A stretch of 42,785 bases of DNA. Source: a virus. Numbering within the stretch: position 1 is the first letter of the stretch; every line of letters begins with the position of its first letter. The notes under the pieces were generated by a model. That model ran no database searches. It was not told where the DNA came from and saw nothing but the letters and a program-made list of their open reading frames with translations. This document shows positions 1-7,598 of the stretch, piece after piece. Made by a program: the position numbers and the translations under genes. The DNA lies in the IMG/VR virus record IMGVR_UViG_3300030339_000091; one strand, given 5' to 3'.

Positions 1-127
1 TAAAAATATTTTTTATTTGAAAATGCGTTTTTTAGTGTTATTTCTTTGTATTTCAATGTATTATGATTAAGAAAGTTTAACTTTGAAGATGTTTTGTTTT
101 TTATTTGTGCTCTATAAATTCAGTGTA
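1..127. repeat. Terminal direct repeat copy 1, identical to 42659..42785. It is an assembly overlap, so the genome is circularly closed.
   Basis: Read directly: bases 1..127 (taaaaatatttttt...ctataaattcagtgta) recur exactly at the 3' end. 127 nt is a typical de Bruijn k-mer overlap. Confidence 0.95.
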
Positions 128-367
128 TTTCATTGTTTTTTGATTTTTGACCTTTGAAATCAAAAAGTTTTTTTCGTGAAAATTGGAGAATATAATCAGC
201 ATTATTTAAGATGTTTACTTACTACCTCACTATTTGTCAACTTAAAACACTGATATACAATAATATAAACTTGTGTATGTCGCTAAATTGTAGTAATTTA
301 GCAGTGCGAAAGGGAGAAAGGACAATTTCAACCTTGCATATTATTAACAATTAATTTTTAAAGCAAA

Positions 368-886
368 ATGAAAAATCAAGCAGCTGCACAGAAAGTGCAA
401 GAAGTCATCCCAACGATGACAATCGTAGAAAAAACAGCGACAGAAAAACCCGCTAAAGTGATTAATTTTAAAGCCTCTGCCGAAGATGTAAAGAGTGAAG
501 CAATTACGGATGAAGTGATAACTCCCGAAGTGATCACCCAGAACACAACATCCGAAGTGATTACACAAGAAGTAAAACCCGAAGTACTACTCACACCCAT
601 TATTGAAGCTAAACTAGTACAAAGTATTGAGGACATTAAAAGGAAAAGTGAAGTTTTAAGCCGTTTAACGGTCAAATGGGATGCTTTGAACGAAAAGCGT
701 AAACGAGTGGAAAACTTTGCAATTTCGCATGATGGAGATACGGCAGCCGTTAGAGTTTTTGATGCAAGCGGTGAAGTTTTTGAGAGTAACAGCCCCAAAA
801 CAATTGGTAAGTTAATCGAATTTTGGAAAGAAGAATTTTCTGATACTTTGGAAAAGGTAGAAAAGGAAATGCGGGAAATCGCCTAA
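368..886 (+). CDS. Hypothetical protein with short (D/P/S)EVIT tandem repeats and a charged C-terminal half
   Basis: 172-aa ATG ORF. It is preceded by the conserved 25-nt box at 346..370. The repeat reads ITDEVITPEVITQNTTSEVITQEVKPEV. Confidence 0.6.
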   Translation: MKNQAAAQKVQEVIPTMTIVEKTATEKPAKVINFKASAEDVKSEAITDEVITPEVITQNTTSEVITQEVKPEVLLTPIIEAKLVQSIEDIKRKSEVLSRLTVKWDALNEKRKRVENFAISHDGDTAAVRVFDASGEVFESNSPKTIGKLIEFWKEEFSDTLEKVEKEMREIA

Positions 887-977
887 AAATAAAACTCCCT
901 CGATGGGGACAACCACCGAGGGAGTAAAAACAAATTGAGTCTGTAAGTCAATTAATTTTTTAAAGCAATACAAAAGT

Positions 978-1310
978 ATGAATAATACATCGAATATCCA
1001 AGCAAAGCGCACGGAATTAAAACTAATTTCCAAACCGTTAGCCGAATTAAAAACCAACGGCAACATCAAAACCATAAACGAGGGATTAAAAGCTATTTAT
1101 GGGAAACAAGGACATCAGGAGTTTAAAACCTTTGACCAATGGGAACGCTTAGGAATGCGAGTTAAACGAGGTGAAAAAGCACTTTATTTGTGGGGAAGTC
1201 AAACCACGAAAACCATCAACGAGGAAGGTCACGAAAAAGAAATAAAATTCTTTCCTTTAGTTGCTCTATTTTCTGATTTACAAGTTTATAACTCCAATAA
1301 AAATAAATAG
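978..1310 (+). CDS. ArdC N-terminal-like (ssDNA-binding, antirestriction-type) domain protein
   Basis: The motif FKTFDQWERLGMRVKRGEKALYLWG resembles the ArdC-N/DUF1738 signature W.tF.Q...lG..V.KGEK. At 110 aa it is shorter than full ArdC. Confidence 0.5.
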   Translation: MNNTSNIQAKRTELKLISKPLAELKTNGNIKTINEGLKAIYGKQGHQEFKTFDQWERLGMRVKRGEKALYLWGSQTTKTINEEGHEKEIKFFPLVALFSDLQVYNSNKNK

Positions 1311-1312
1311 CC

Positions 1313-2188
1313 ATGAATACAACAAAATTTGATTTTCAAAATAACAGCATTGAAGTTTTAGACCTTGAAACATTGCGTAAAACGCACAAAGAGAACGATA
1401 TTTACGGAAATCCTTTAAGGGGTATATATCACTATCAAGTCATTAATAAAATTGTTGATATTTGCCGAAACAGCGGTTTAGATTATACCGTTGAGGAAAT
1501 TTTTGCAGCCAAAAACAACAGCCGGCAAAACCCGGGCGTTGTAGTTCTGCCACAGGTGGAAGCCATTCACGGCACAAATTCAGTTGAAGCGCACATCTTG
1601 AGACGTGTTTATACTACTATCAGGATAAACGACCGAGACACGCCCGAAATGACATCTAACATCGTCATAGCCTATCATCAAGACGGCATTCAAATTGCTT
1701 TTGGTCCGTGTGTGAAGATTTGCCATAACCAATGTATTTTGAATAAGGAGCGCATCGCATCGAACTACGGAGCTGACAAGGTTACGGATGACCAGCTTTT
1801 TGAAAGTGTGGGAAATTGGATGTCTAACTTTTTTGAATACAGGGAAAACGATTTGAGAGTACTTCAGAAAATGAAAGAAATCAATTGTACACAAAACGAC
1901 GTTTACCAACTTATTGGATTACTGACATCGTTACGAGTGGCGCACGACTGCGATAATTCAACGTTGAGAAACGAGGTTAAAACCTACCCATTGACACAAA
2001 GCCAAATTTCACAGTTTACACAAGATTATTTGGAAAAAGCCCAGGAAACATCTATTTTCAGTTTATGGGATATTTACAACATTGCGACCGAATTATATAA
2101 GCCAGGGAAAACCGACATCCCGAACCTTATTCCGCAAAACTTCGCTCTAATGGAGGTTCTAACCGACCGATATAGTTTGCAGAATTAG
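1313..2188 (+). CDS. DUF932-like phage/plasmid-associated protein
   Basis: 291 aa. IAYHQDGIQIAFGPCVKICHNQCIL resembles the DUF932 core (NSHDGS.A...G..R.VC.NG). It starts 3 nt after the ArdC-like gene. Confidence 0.45.
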   Translation: MNTTKFDFQNNSIEVLDLETLRKTHKENDIYGNPLRGIYHYQVINKIVDICRNSGLDYTVEEIFAAKNNSRQNPGVVVLPQVEAIHGTNSVEAHILRRVYTTIRINDRDTPEMTSNIVIAYHQDGIQIAFGPCVKICHNQCILNKERIASNYGADKVTDDQLFESVGNWMSNFFEYRENDLRVLQKMKEINCTQNDVYQLIGLLTSLRVAHDCDNSTLRNEVKTYPLTQSQISQFTQDYLEKAQETSIFSLWDIYNIATELYKPGKTDIPNLIPQNFALMEVLTDRYSLQN

Positions 2189-2219
2189 CAAAGAAAGTAC
2201 CTTAAAACGGCTTAAAAGT

Positions 2220-2260
2220 GGCTTCATTGCTCTAATTTAGAGGGGTGAAGCCTTGTTTTT
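2220..2260 (+). terminator. Intrinsic terminator after the ArdC/DUF932 pair
   Basis: Stem ggcttca...tgaagcc followed by ttgttttt. A second perfect 9-bp hairpin (ctacttttg/caaaagtag) lies at 2263..2288. Confidence 0.55.
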
Positions 2261-2408
2261 GAACTACTTTTGTCGCGCCAAAAGTAGCAAAAGGCGCACG
2301 AAACGCCCGAATAGGGCAGAGTTGAAAAAATATTTTTGTAGTTGTGTTAAATCTTTGTTCGTGTTGAAAAATAATTGTTCTTTTATTGTGTAATAGTAGA
2401 AAATTTTC

Positions 2409-2416
2409 TACCTTTG
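2409..2416 (+). promoter_or_regulatory. Bacteroidota-type -7 promoter box (TAccTTTG) upstream of hicA
   Basis: Matches the TAnnTTTG consensus, about 30 nt upstream of the hicA ATG. A strong AAGGAGG Shine-Dalgarno follows. Confidence 0.45.
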
Positions 2417-2445
2417 CAGAGTAATTAATTAAAGAAAGGAGGTTA

Positions 2446-2628
2446 ATGAAATCAAGTGAATTAAACAGGCTTATCCTTCGAAATGGTTGGAAAGTGTACA
2501 GACAGAACGGAACAAGCCACGTAATTTATGAAAAAGATGGCAGACATTACCCGGTACCATTTCACGGAAGCAAAGAAGTCGGAACAGGATTAGCACAAAA
2601 AATCAAAAAGGAGATGGGGCTTAAATAG
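2446..2628 (+). CDS. hicA: HicA-family mRNA interferase toxin
   Basis: 60 aa. MKSSELNRLILRNGWKVYRQNGTSHVIYEKDGRHYPVPFHGSKEVGTGLAQKIKKEMGL is a textbook HicA/YcfA pattern (G.....GSH.....P.H). Confidence 0.9.
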   Translation: MKSSELNRLILRNGWKVYRQNGTSHVIYEKDGRHYPVPFHGSKEVGTGLAQKIKKEMGLK

Positions 2629-2671
2629 CCCCACTCTTACAACTATAATCGTATAATCGTAATAAGTTTTT

Positions 2672-3076
2672 ATGAAAACAATCGAAGCTACAATTGAAAG
2701 ATCGCATGACGGCACATTTAGCGTATATTGTACAACTGAAATGTTCTCCGGTATGGGAGACACTGCTGAAAAAGCAAAACAAAACATGATAGAACAAATG
2801 GAATTCTTTAAACAAACTGCTATCGCTGATGGCGTTGAATATCCTGAGTTCTTAAACGGAAATCCCGAAATTGTTTATAAATTTGACACGCAAAGTTTAC
2901 TAGAGTACTATTCAGGAATACTATCTTTATCCGGACTGGAAAGGATAACTGGAATACATCAAAAACAGTTATGGAAGTATCTTCACACAGAAACAAAACC
3001 AAGAAAGACTCAAATTGAAAAAATTGAAACTGGATTGCACCAGTTTGGAAACGAATTACTATCACTTTCGCTTTAA
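2672..3076 (+). CDS. hicB: HicB-family antitoxin with C-terminal HTH
   Basis: N-terminus MKTIEATIERSHDGTFSVYCTTEMFSGMGDTAEKAKQNMIEQMEFF is a HicB/UPF0150-like fold pattern. An HTH-like C-terminus follows. The gene lies directly downstream of hicA. Confidence 0.8.
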   Translation: MKTIEATIERSHDGTFSVYCTTEMFSGMGDTAEKAKQNMIEQMEFFKQTAIADGVEYPEFLNGNPEIVYKFDTQSLLEYYSGILSLSGLERITGIHQKQLWKYLHTETKPRKTQIEKIETGLHQFGNELLSLSL

Positions 3077-3106
3077 TAAGGTTTAATTACCATGTTTTTT
3101 TCAATA

Positions 3107-3137
3107 AGCCCCGACAATCATTGCCGGGGCTTTTTTG
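3107..3137 (+). terminator. Intrinsic terminator after hicB
   Basis: agccccgacaatcattgccggggct followed by tttttt. Confidence 0.8.
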
Positions 3138-3164
3138 TGTTAAGTATTTTACTATCTTTGTGTC

Positions 3165-3272
3165 ATGTTAACAGAAAACCAGAAACAACGATTTATTTAC
3201 AAACCATTGGCTGGTATAATTATACTGGCAATAGCTGCTTTAATATACTTTATTATCAACCTTTTTAAATAA
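3165..3272 (+). CDS. Small hydrophobic ORF of 35 aa (MLTENQKQRFIYKPLAGIIILAIAALIYFIINLFK), below the ORF-track cutoff
   Basis: Hand-translated. It has one predicted TM helix. A TAtcTTTG -7 box lies at 3153..3160, immediately upstream. Confidence 0.3.
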   Translation: MLTENQKQRFIYKPLAGIIILAIAALIYFIINLFK

Positions 3273-3278
3273 AATCCT

Positions 3279-3683
3279 ATGAGTTACGAAATTGAATATC
3301 AAGGAGGACACCCATTATTAAGTAAACCCGAAAAATTAATATTATCTACAAATAAGGTTTTTAAATCTATTTATTTTAGACCTAAAAGTACATGGTCGAC
3401 TACAAAGTCAATAACTATAGAAATTAAAGATATTGTTTCTATAGATTTTGAAAAAAGTGCATCCCGTTCGGCGGGAAAAACTGTTGCCGGTGCATTGATT
3501 GGAGGTGTTCTTACAGGTGGTATTGGGCTTTTGGTTGGCGGAGTTTTAGGCGCAAAAAAGAAAAACCAGTCTGAATTATACATAACTGTCAATTATAATA
3601 ATAGAGAATTTGTCATTTCATTAAAGACAGGAAAAGATACAGATAAAATTTATTCTGAAATAAATAGTCTATTTGCAGAATAA
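3279..3683 (+). CDS. Membrane protein with a central glycine-zipper segment
   Basis: 134 aa. AGALIGGVLTGGIGLLVGGVLGAKKK is embedded between two beta-rich soluble halves. Confidence 0.6.
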   Translation: MSYEIEYQGGHPLLSKPEKLILSTNKVFKSIYFRPKSTWSTTKSITIEIKDIVSIDFEKSASRSAGKTVAGALIGGVLTGGIGLLVGGVLGAKKKNQSELYITVNYNNREFVISLKTGKDTDKIYSEINSLFAE

Positions 3684-3932
3684 TTCAATTTTTGCATTGC
3701 TATTCCAAATATACTTCCGATATTTGCAATGCGAAAAAACAATAACAACAGAGCGGCTGAAAGTGTCGCCCAAATTTATCAGGGCTTTTTTTATGCCCAA
3801 TCGTCAAAAATATTAGACGGCTGTACTATTCCTTTTCAATTTTCGAGCTTGCTCTGGATTGTTGTTTTTTCGCGAAAACGGGATGTGTACAGCCGTTTTT
3901 CTGTGCATATAAGCGAAAAAACAACAATCAAA

Positions 3933-4181
3933 ATGAAAAATCAAATCCAACCTGTCGCAGATATCATGCGACAAATTTTCAAAAAAAGAACTAAAGTTGA
4001 ATCTGTTACGCAAACGGTGTGTAATGTGATAGCTGAACTTGCTTCGGGCAGTAAAAAAATAAATTTAGCTGTACATGAAAGCCCTGGTGAAATGATCTAT
4101 GTGATGGTTAATAAAGGAGCTATTATTACAATGCACATTCAGGAACTTGAACCTTCAAAGAGAGGAGGTCAATCATGCTAA
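3933..4181 (+). CDS. Hypothetical protein (82 aa), start trimmed from the 3729 ORF
   Basis: The upstream 200 nt are full of hairpins and T-runs and translate to low-complexity sequence. The ATG at 3933 follows an A-rich leader. Confidence 0.5.
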   Translation: MKNQIQPVADIMRQIFKKRTKVESVTQTVCNVIAELASGSKKINLAVHESPGEMIYVMVNKGAIITMHIQELEPSKRGGQSC

Positions 4182-4447
4182 ACGAACAACAACCATGCGA
4201 AGAACTGGACTTCAAAATCGTAATCCTCTCCCGGTATTGTGGAGAATTTCAACCGGCAACGAAAGAAAATGTAACGATCCGCAAAACGAGTGAAGAAATA
4301 CTGATGGATATCCGACCAATGGCTGAACTAACGACTAACGAAATAGCTGCATACTTAACGAATATGGGTTACACTATAGACTTTGACGATGCCACTCCGG
4401 TGTGGCTCATGCGAAAAGATGGCGCAATGGAACTTCGCGAACACTAA
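4175..4447 (+). CDS. Hypothetical protein (90 aa)
   Basis: ATG preceded by GAGGAGG. It overlaps the upstream stop by 7 nt, suggesting translational coupling. Confidence 0.6.
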   Translation: MLNEQQPCEELDFKIVILSRYCGEFQPATKENVTIRKTSEEILMDIRPMAELTTNEIAAYLTNMGYTIDFDDATPVWLMRKDGAMELREH

Positions 4448-4477
4448 CCCCTAACCCCTAAAGGGGAATAAGAAAAG

Positions 4478-4508
4478 AACCCCGGTCGAACTCGATCGGG
4501 GTTTTTTT
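4478..4508 (+). terminator. Intrinsic terminator closing the accessory island
   Basis: aaccccggtcgaactcgatcggggtt followed by tttttt. Confidence 0.85.
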
Positions 4509-4573
4509 GTGTCTTTTTTTCACCTGAGCGATTGAATTTAATTTGTATCAACAAATTATTCAATCGCTTTTTT

Positions 4574-5995
4574 ATGAATGTAACGTCAAGTTTATCCGGT
4601 AATTATCATGTGTGCGACGTGCCAGCATTGGTTATTGAGAAAAATAACGAGCTTACAACACTAACGCTGACTTTATCGCAAGGTGAGGACCAATGGACAT
4701 CGGAAGTTTTGACATATGTAAGTGGATTAATCACTTATACCGATTTGTGTGCCAATATAATATTTAATTTGAATTGGAGGGATAAACCAAAAGGAGCTAA
4801 TTACAATTTCAACGTGAAATTGACAGAGGGTGAAGTAATTGTGAATCTACCATTTGTGGCCTACTTTCCAGAAACATTTATTCAAGCTCCTGAAAATAAC
4901 GGACTTTATTTTCAAAAATCGGTACCTGATATCATTATGGAACGTAATGATATATACACTTCAGCTATTTTTGAATTGAAAAAAGGTACTGAGGTAATTT
5001 TGACAGAAAGTTATTTATATGGCGCGGATCACAAACTTCGGATTAGAAACATTTATGAAATCATTGAAAAGTATTTCAACTCTGATTCTGAAATTTCAGA
5101 ACCGGGTACCACAAATATTTCAACCGGACTGTCTTTAGATTTCACGATCAACATTATTACACCTGGCTCGCACATAATTGCTTTCAAAGTGCTTAAATGC
5201 GATGCTGATATAACCGCCGATGCTGCCGAATGGACGGCTGCCAATTTTTTGACCCGTTGCTATCGCGAGAAGCGCACGGCCAAAAGTCGAAACGAATATC
5301 TATCATTCCTAATGAAAAATAGTTACTCAACGGTAACTATCAACTACAAAGTTATATACATACTTGATGGCGTACGTACTGAAATAATCGGCACGCTCGG
5401 AACTATTGCACAACAGGTGGGAGATAACAATGTGGCGACTTTCAATGCTTCCATTCACCGCATTATGGTTGCTGCCGGACTGGTAAATTTCACCGAAGTG
5501 ATTCAATATGACATTTGGCTAACCGGTACAGGATTACTCACCAATGTGTACACATTCCTTGTCGATAACACTCCTTATAGAAATTCAAAATCCTTTGTTT
5601 TTGTGAATTGCTTTGGCGTGTTGGAAACTTGGACAGCGACAGGCCTTGCCGAAACAAAAAAGGCAATGGAGTATAACCTTGGGAATATCGAAAACCACTA
5701 CCGAAAAATTACACAGGACTTTTACGCCGAAAAGCAGTGTAATAGTGGCTATTTGAGCGAAGCGGAAATGGATTGGATTGACGATTTTATAAAAAGCTTC
5801 AGTGTAATCAATTACTCACAGGACATTACGCAAAATGAAGAAATAACCCTGATTTCGGTAGACAAAACCGATACAGAAGCCAATGTTTTACAGGCATTTT
5901 TATTCAATTACCGAAAAGCAAAGAATTTGCACCTGGCGTTTATGAATGCTGCTAAAAACATATCAGATTATACACTAGACCAAACATTTGATTGA
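4574..5995 (+). CDS. Hypothetical protein (473 aa), possibly virion-associated
   Basis: Long ORF at the head of the morphogenesis block. The ATG at 4574 is preferred over the TTG at 4532. No recognisable motif. Confidence 0.5.
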   Translation: MNVTSSLSGNYHVCDVPALVIEKNNELTTLTLTLSQGEDQWTSEVLTYVSGLITYTDLCANIIFNLNWRDKPKGANYNFNVKLTEGEVIVNLPFVAYFPETFIQAPENNGLYFQKSVPDIIMERNDIYTSAIFELKKGTEVILTESYLYGADHKLRIRNIYEIIEKYFNSDSEISEPGTTNISTGLSLDFTINIITPGSHIIAFKVLKCDADITADAAEWTAANFLTRCYREKRTAKSRNEYLSFLMKNSYSTVTINYKVIYILDGVRTEIIGTLGTIAQQVGDNNVATFNASIHRIMVAAGLVNFTEVIQYDIWLTGTGLLTNVYTFLVDNTPYRNSKSFVFVNCFGVLETWTATGLAETKKAMEYNLGNIENHYRKITQDFYAEKQCNSGYLSEAEMDWIDDFIKSFSVINYSQDITQNEEITLISVDKTDTEANVLQAFLFNYRKAKNLHLAFMNAAKNISDYTLDQTFD

Positions 5996-5997
5996 CA

Positions 5998-6225
5998 ATG
6001 ATACATACAAGCCTACTCAGGAAGATTTTGAGGGATGGAAAACCCTTTAATTGTAAATGTTGGAAAATTGGCACGGCTGAAATATTGACTTACAACAATG
6101 TAGTTTGTACTTCTAGTTTTTTTGAAAACAACACAGCAAACTTACTATTTGTTGAGAGTCGCGAAGTGCGCAAAGTGAGAATTATATGCATTTTTGAAAT
6201 TAATGACGAAGAAATTTATATTTGA
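5998..6225 (+). CDS. Hypothetical small protein
   Basis: The ATG at 5998 lies 3 nt after the upstream stop. The gene is tightly packed with its neighbours. Confidence 0.4.
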   Translation: MIHTSLLRKILRDGKPFNCKCWKIGTAEILTYNNVVCTSSFFENNTANLLFVESREVRKVRIICIFEINDEEIYI

Positions 6226-6227
6226 TT

Positions 6228-7592
6228 ATGAGTGAGATAAATGTATTTGAAATCCCTATCGGGAAACAAGCTCGCGAGGCTATGGATAAAATGAACGTGG
6301 GTACAACGGTTTTCGACACCGATGATATTGTACCAATAAAGATGCCTGACTCGGGTGCGCTTCGCGGTTACGTGCCGTGGGGAGATGATAATCTTCGCCC
6401 GAATGAGGTTTTGAAGCTGATAAGAAAAGACGAGGTGATGAGTCCGAATATGTTGTTCAACATACAGGCGGCATATGCCAATGGCTTAGTTTATACTACA
6501 AAAGATAAATCGGAGGTTACTGATCAGGAAATTCTTGATTTCTTTAAATTCAACAGACCAACTAAATATCTATTTGAGCAACAAACAGATATGAAGCACT
6601 TTTATTGGACTGTTTCGGTTCTGATATTGAGCGGTGACGGCAATAAAATTGTAAAACTTCGCCATAAAGATGCACTTTATTGCCGGTTGGAAACTTGTAA
6701 TCCCAAAACGGGCGCACTGGAACATATATTTTATGGAAATTGGGAGAAAGGTGCGCCAAAACCTGAAAATAGAGAAGATATAGAGCTATTGGACGTCGAC
6801 GACCCGCTAGGTGACTTGATGGTACGCATGGGAAAACTGGAGGATGAAACAGGAAAAAAAAGAACCATGACTAAGACTCGCAAGTTTGCCATGATAAACC
6901 GAATTCCTATACCAGGGAACAAGTATTATCCATTTCCGTATTATTGGTCGCTCTTCAACAGTGGTTGGTACGATGTGAAGCAATTAATCCCTGCAGGAAA
7001 AAAAGCAAAGTTTACAAATGGAATGGTTATGAAATTTCAGGTTGAAATTAATGACAAGTATTGGGATGTTCTTTTTGATCGTGAAAGCATTACTGATCCA
7101 GTAAAGAAAAATGAGCGCATGACGCTCGAAAAGGAAAATATAAAATCGTTTTTGACAGGAATTGTCAATGCAGGTAAAGTTTGGTTCTCTGGATTTTATG
7201 TTGATCCAGTTGGAAAAGAGCAATCGATGGTACGCATTAATGTAATCAACAACGAGAAAGAGGGTGGAGACTGGATTGAAGATACAGAGGAAGGTGCATC
7301 AATGGCTTGTTATGCTACAGGTAATAACCCGGGCATGATAGGCGTAACACCAGGCAAAAGTGCCGGACAAATGAACGGTAGCAATATCCGCGAACTCTTC
7401 ACTATGAAACAAGGGCTCGAAAAATCGGTAAAAGACATTATACTAGAGCCTTATTTTGTAATAAAAAATTACAACGAATGGGATTTGGAAGTAGACATTC
7501 CATTTATGATGCTGACGACGCTCGACAAAAAAACCGATGCTGAAGAAATGAGCGAGAAAGAAATTACCAACCCAAAACCAGTAAAAAAATAA
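6228..7592 (+). CDS. Putative portal protein
   Basis: About 455 aa with an acidic C-terminus. It sits at the start of the structural module. The call rests on size and position only, with no motif-level proof. Confidence 0.4.
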   Translation: MSEINVFEIPIGKQAREAMDKMNVGTTVFDTDDIVPIKMPDSGALRGYVPWGDDNLRPNEVLKLIRKDEVMSPNMLFNIQAAYANGLVYTTKDKSEVTDQEILDFFKFNRPTKYLFEQQTDMKHFYWTVSVLILSGDGNKIVKLRHKDALYCRLETCNPKTGALEHIFYGNWEKGAPKPENREDIELLDVDDPLGDLMVRMGKLEDETGKKRTMTKTRKFAMINRIPIPGNKYYPFPYYWSLFNSGWYDVKQLIPAGKKAKFTNGMVMKFQVEINDKYWDVLFDRESITDPVKKNERMTLEKENIKSFLTGIVNAGKVWFSGFYVDPVGKEQSMVRINVINNEKEGGDWIEDTEEGASMACYATGNNPGMIGVTPGKSAGQMNGSNIRELFTMKQGLEKSVKDIILEPYFVIKNYNEWDLEVDIPFMMLTTLDKKTDAEEMSEKEITNPKPVKK

Positions 7593-7598
7593 ATAGTC

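Noticed and set aside
136-175. Hairpin tttttgattt/aaatcaaaaa plus T-run as a terminator
   Set aside because: The stem is made only of A/T pairs and lies in AT-rich DNA where such pairings arise by chance. It is too weak to call.
344-1075. Minus-strand ORFs 344..568, 376..798 and 812..1075
   Set aside because: They are antisense to well-packed plus-strand genes. Their composition is Cys/Phe-rich or Ser-rich, typical of shadow ORFs.
3729-3932. N-terminal 68 aa of the 150-aa ORF 3729..4181
   Set aside because: The region is dominated by hairpins, T-runs and direct repeats, and the peptide is low-complexity. The ATG at 3933 with an A-rich leader is more plausible.
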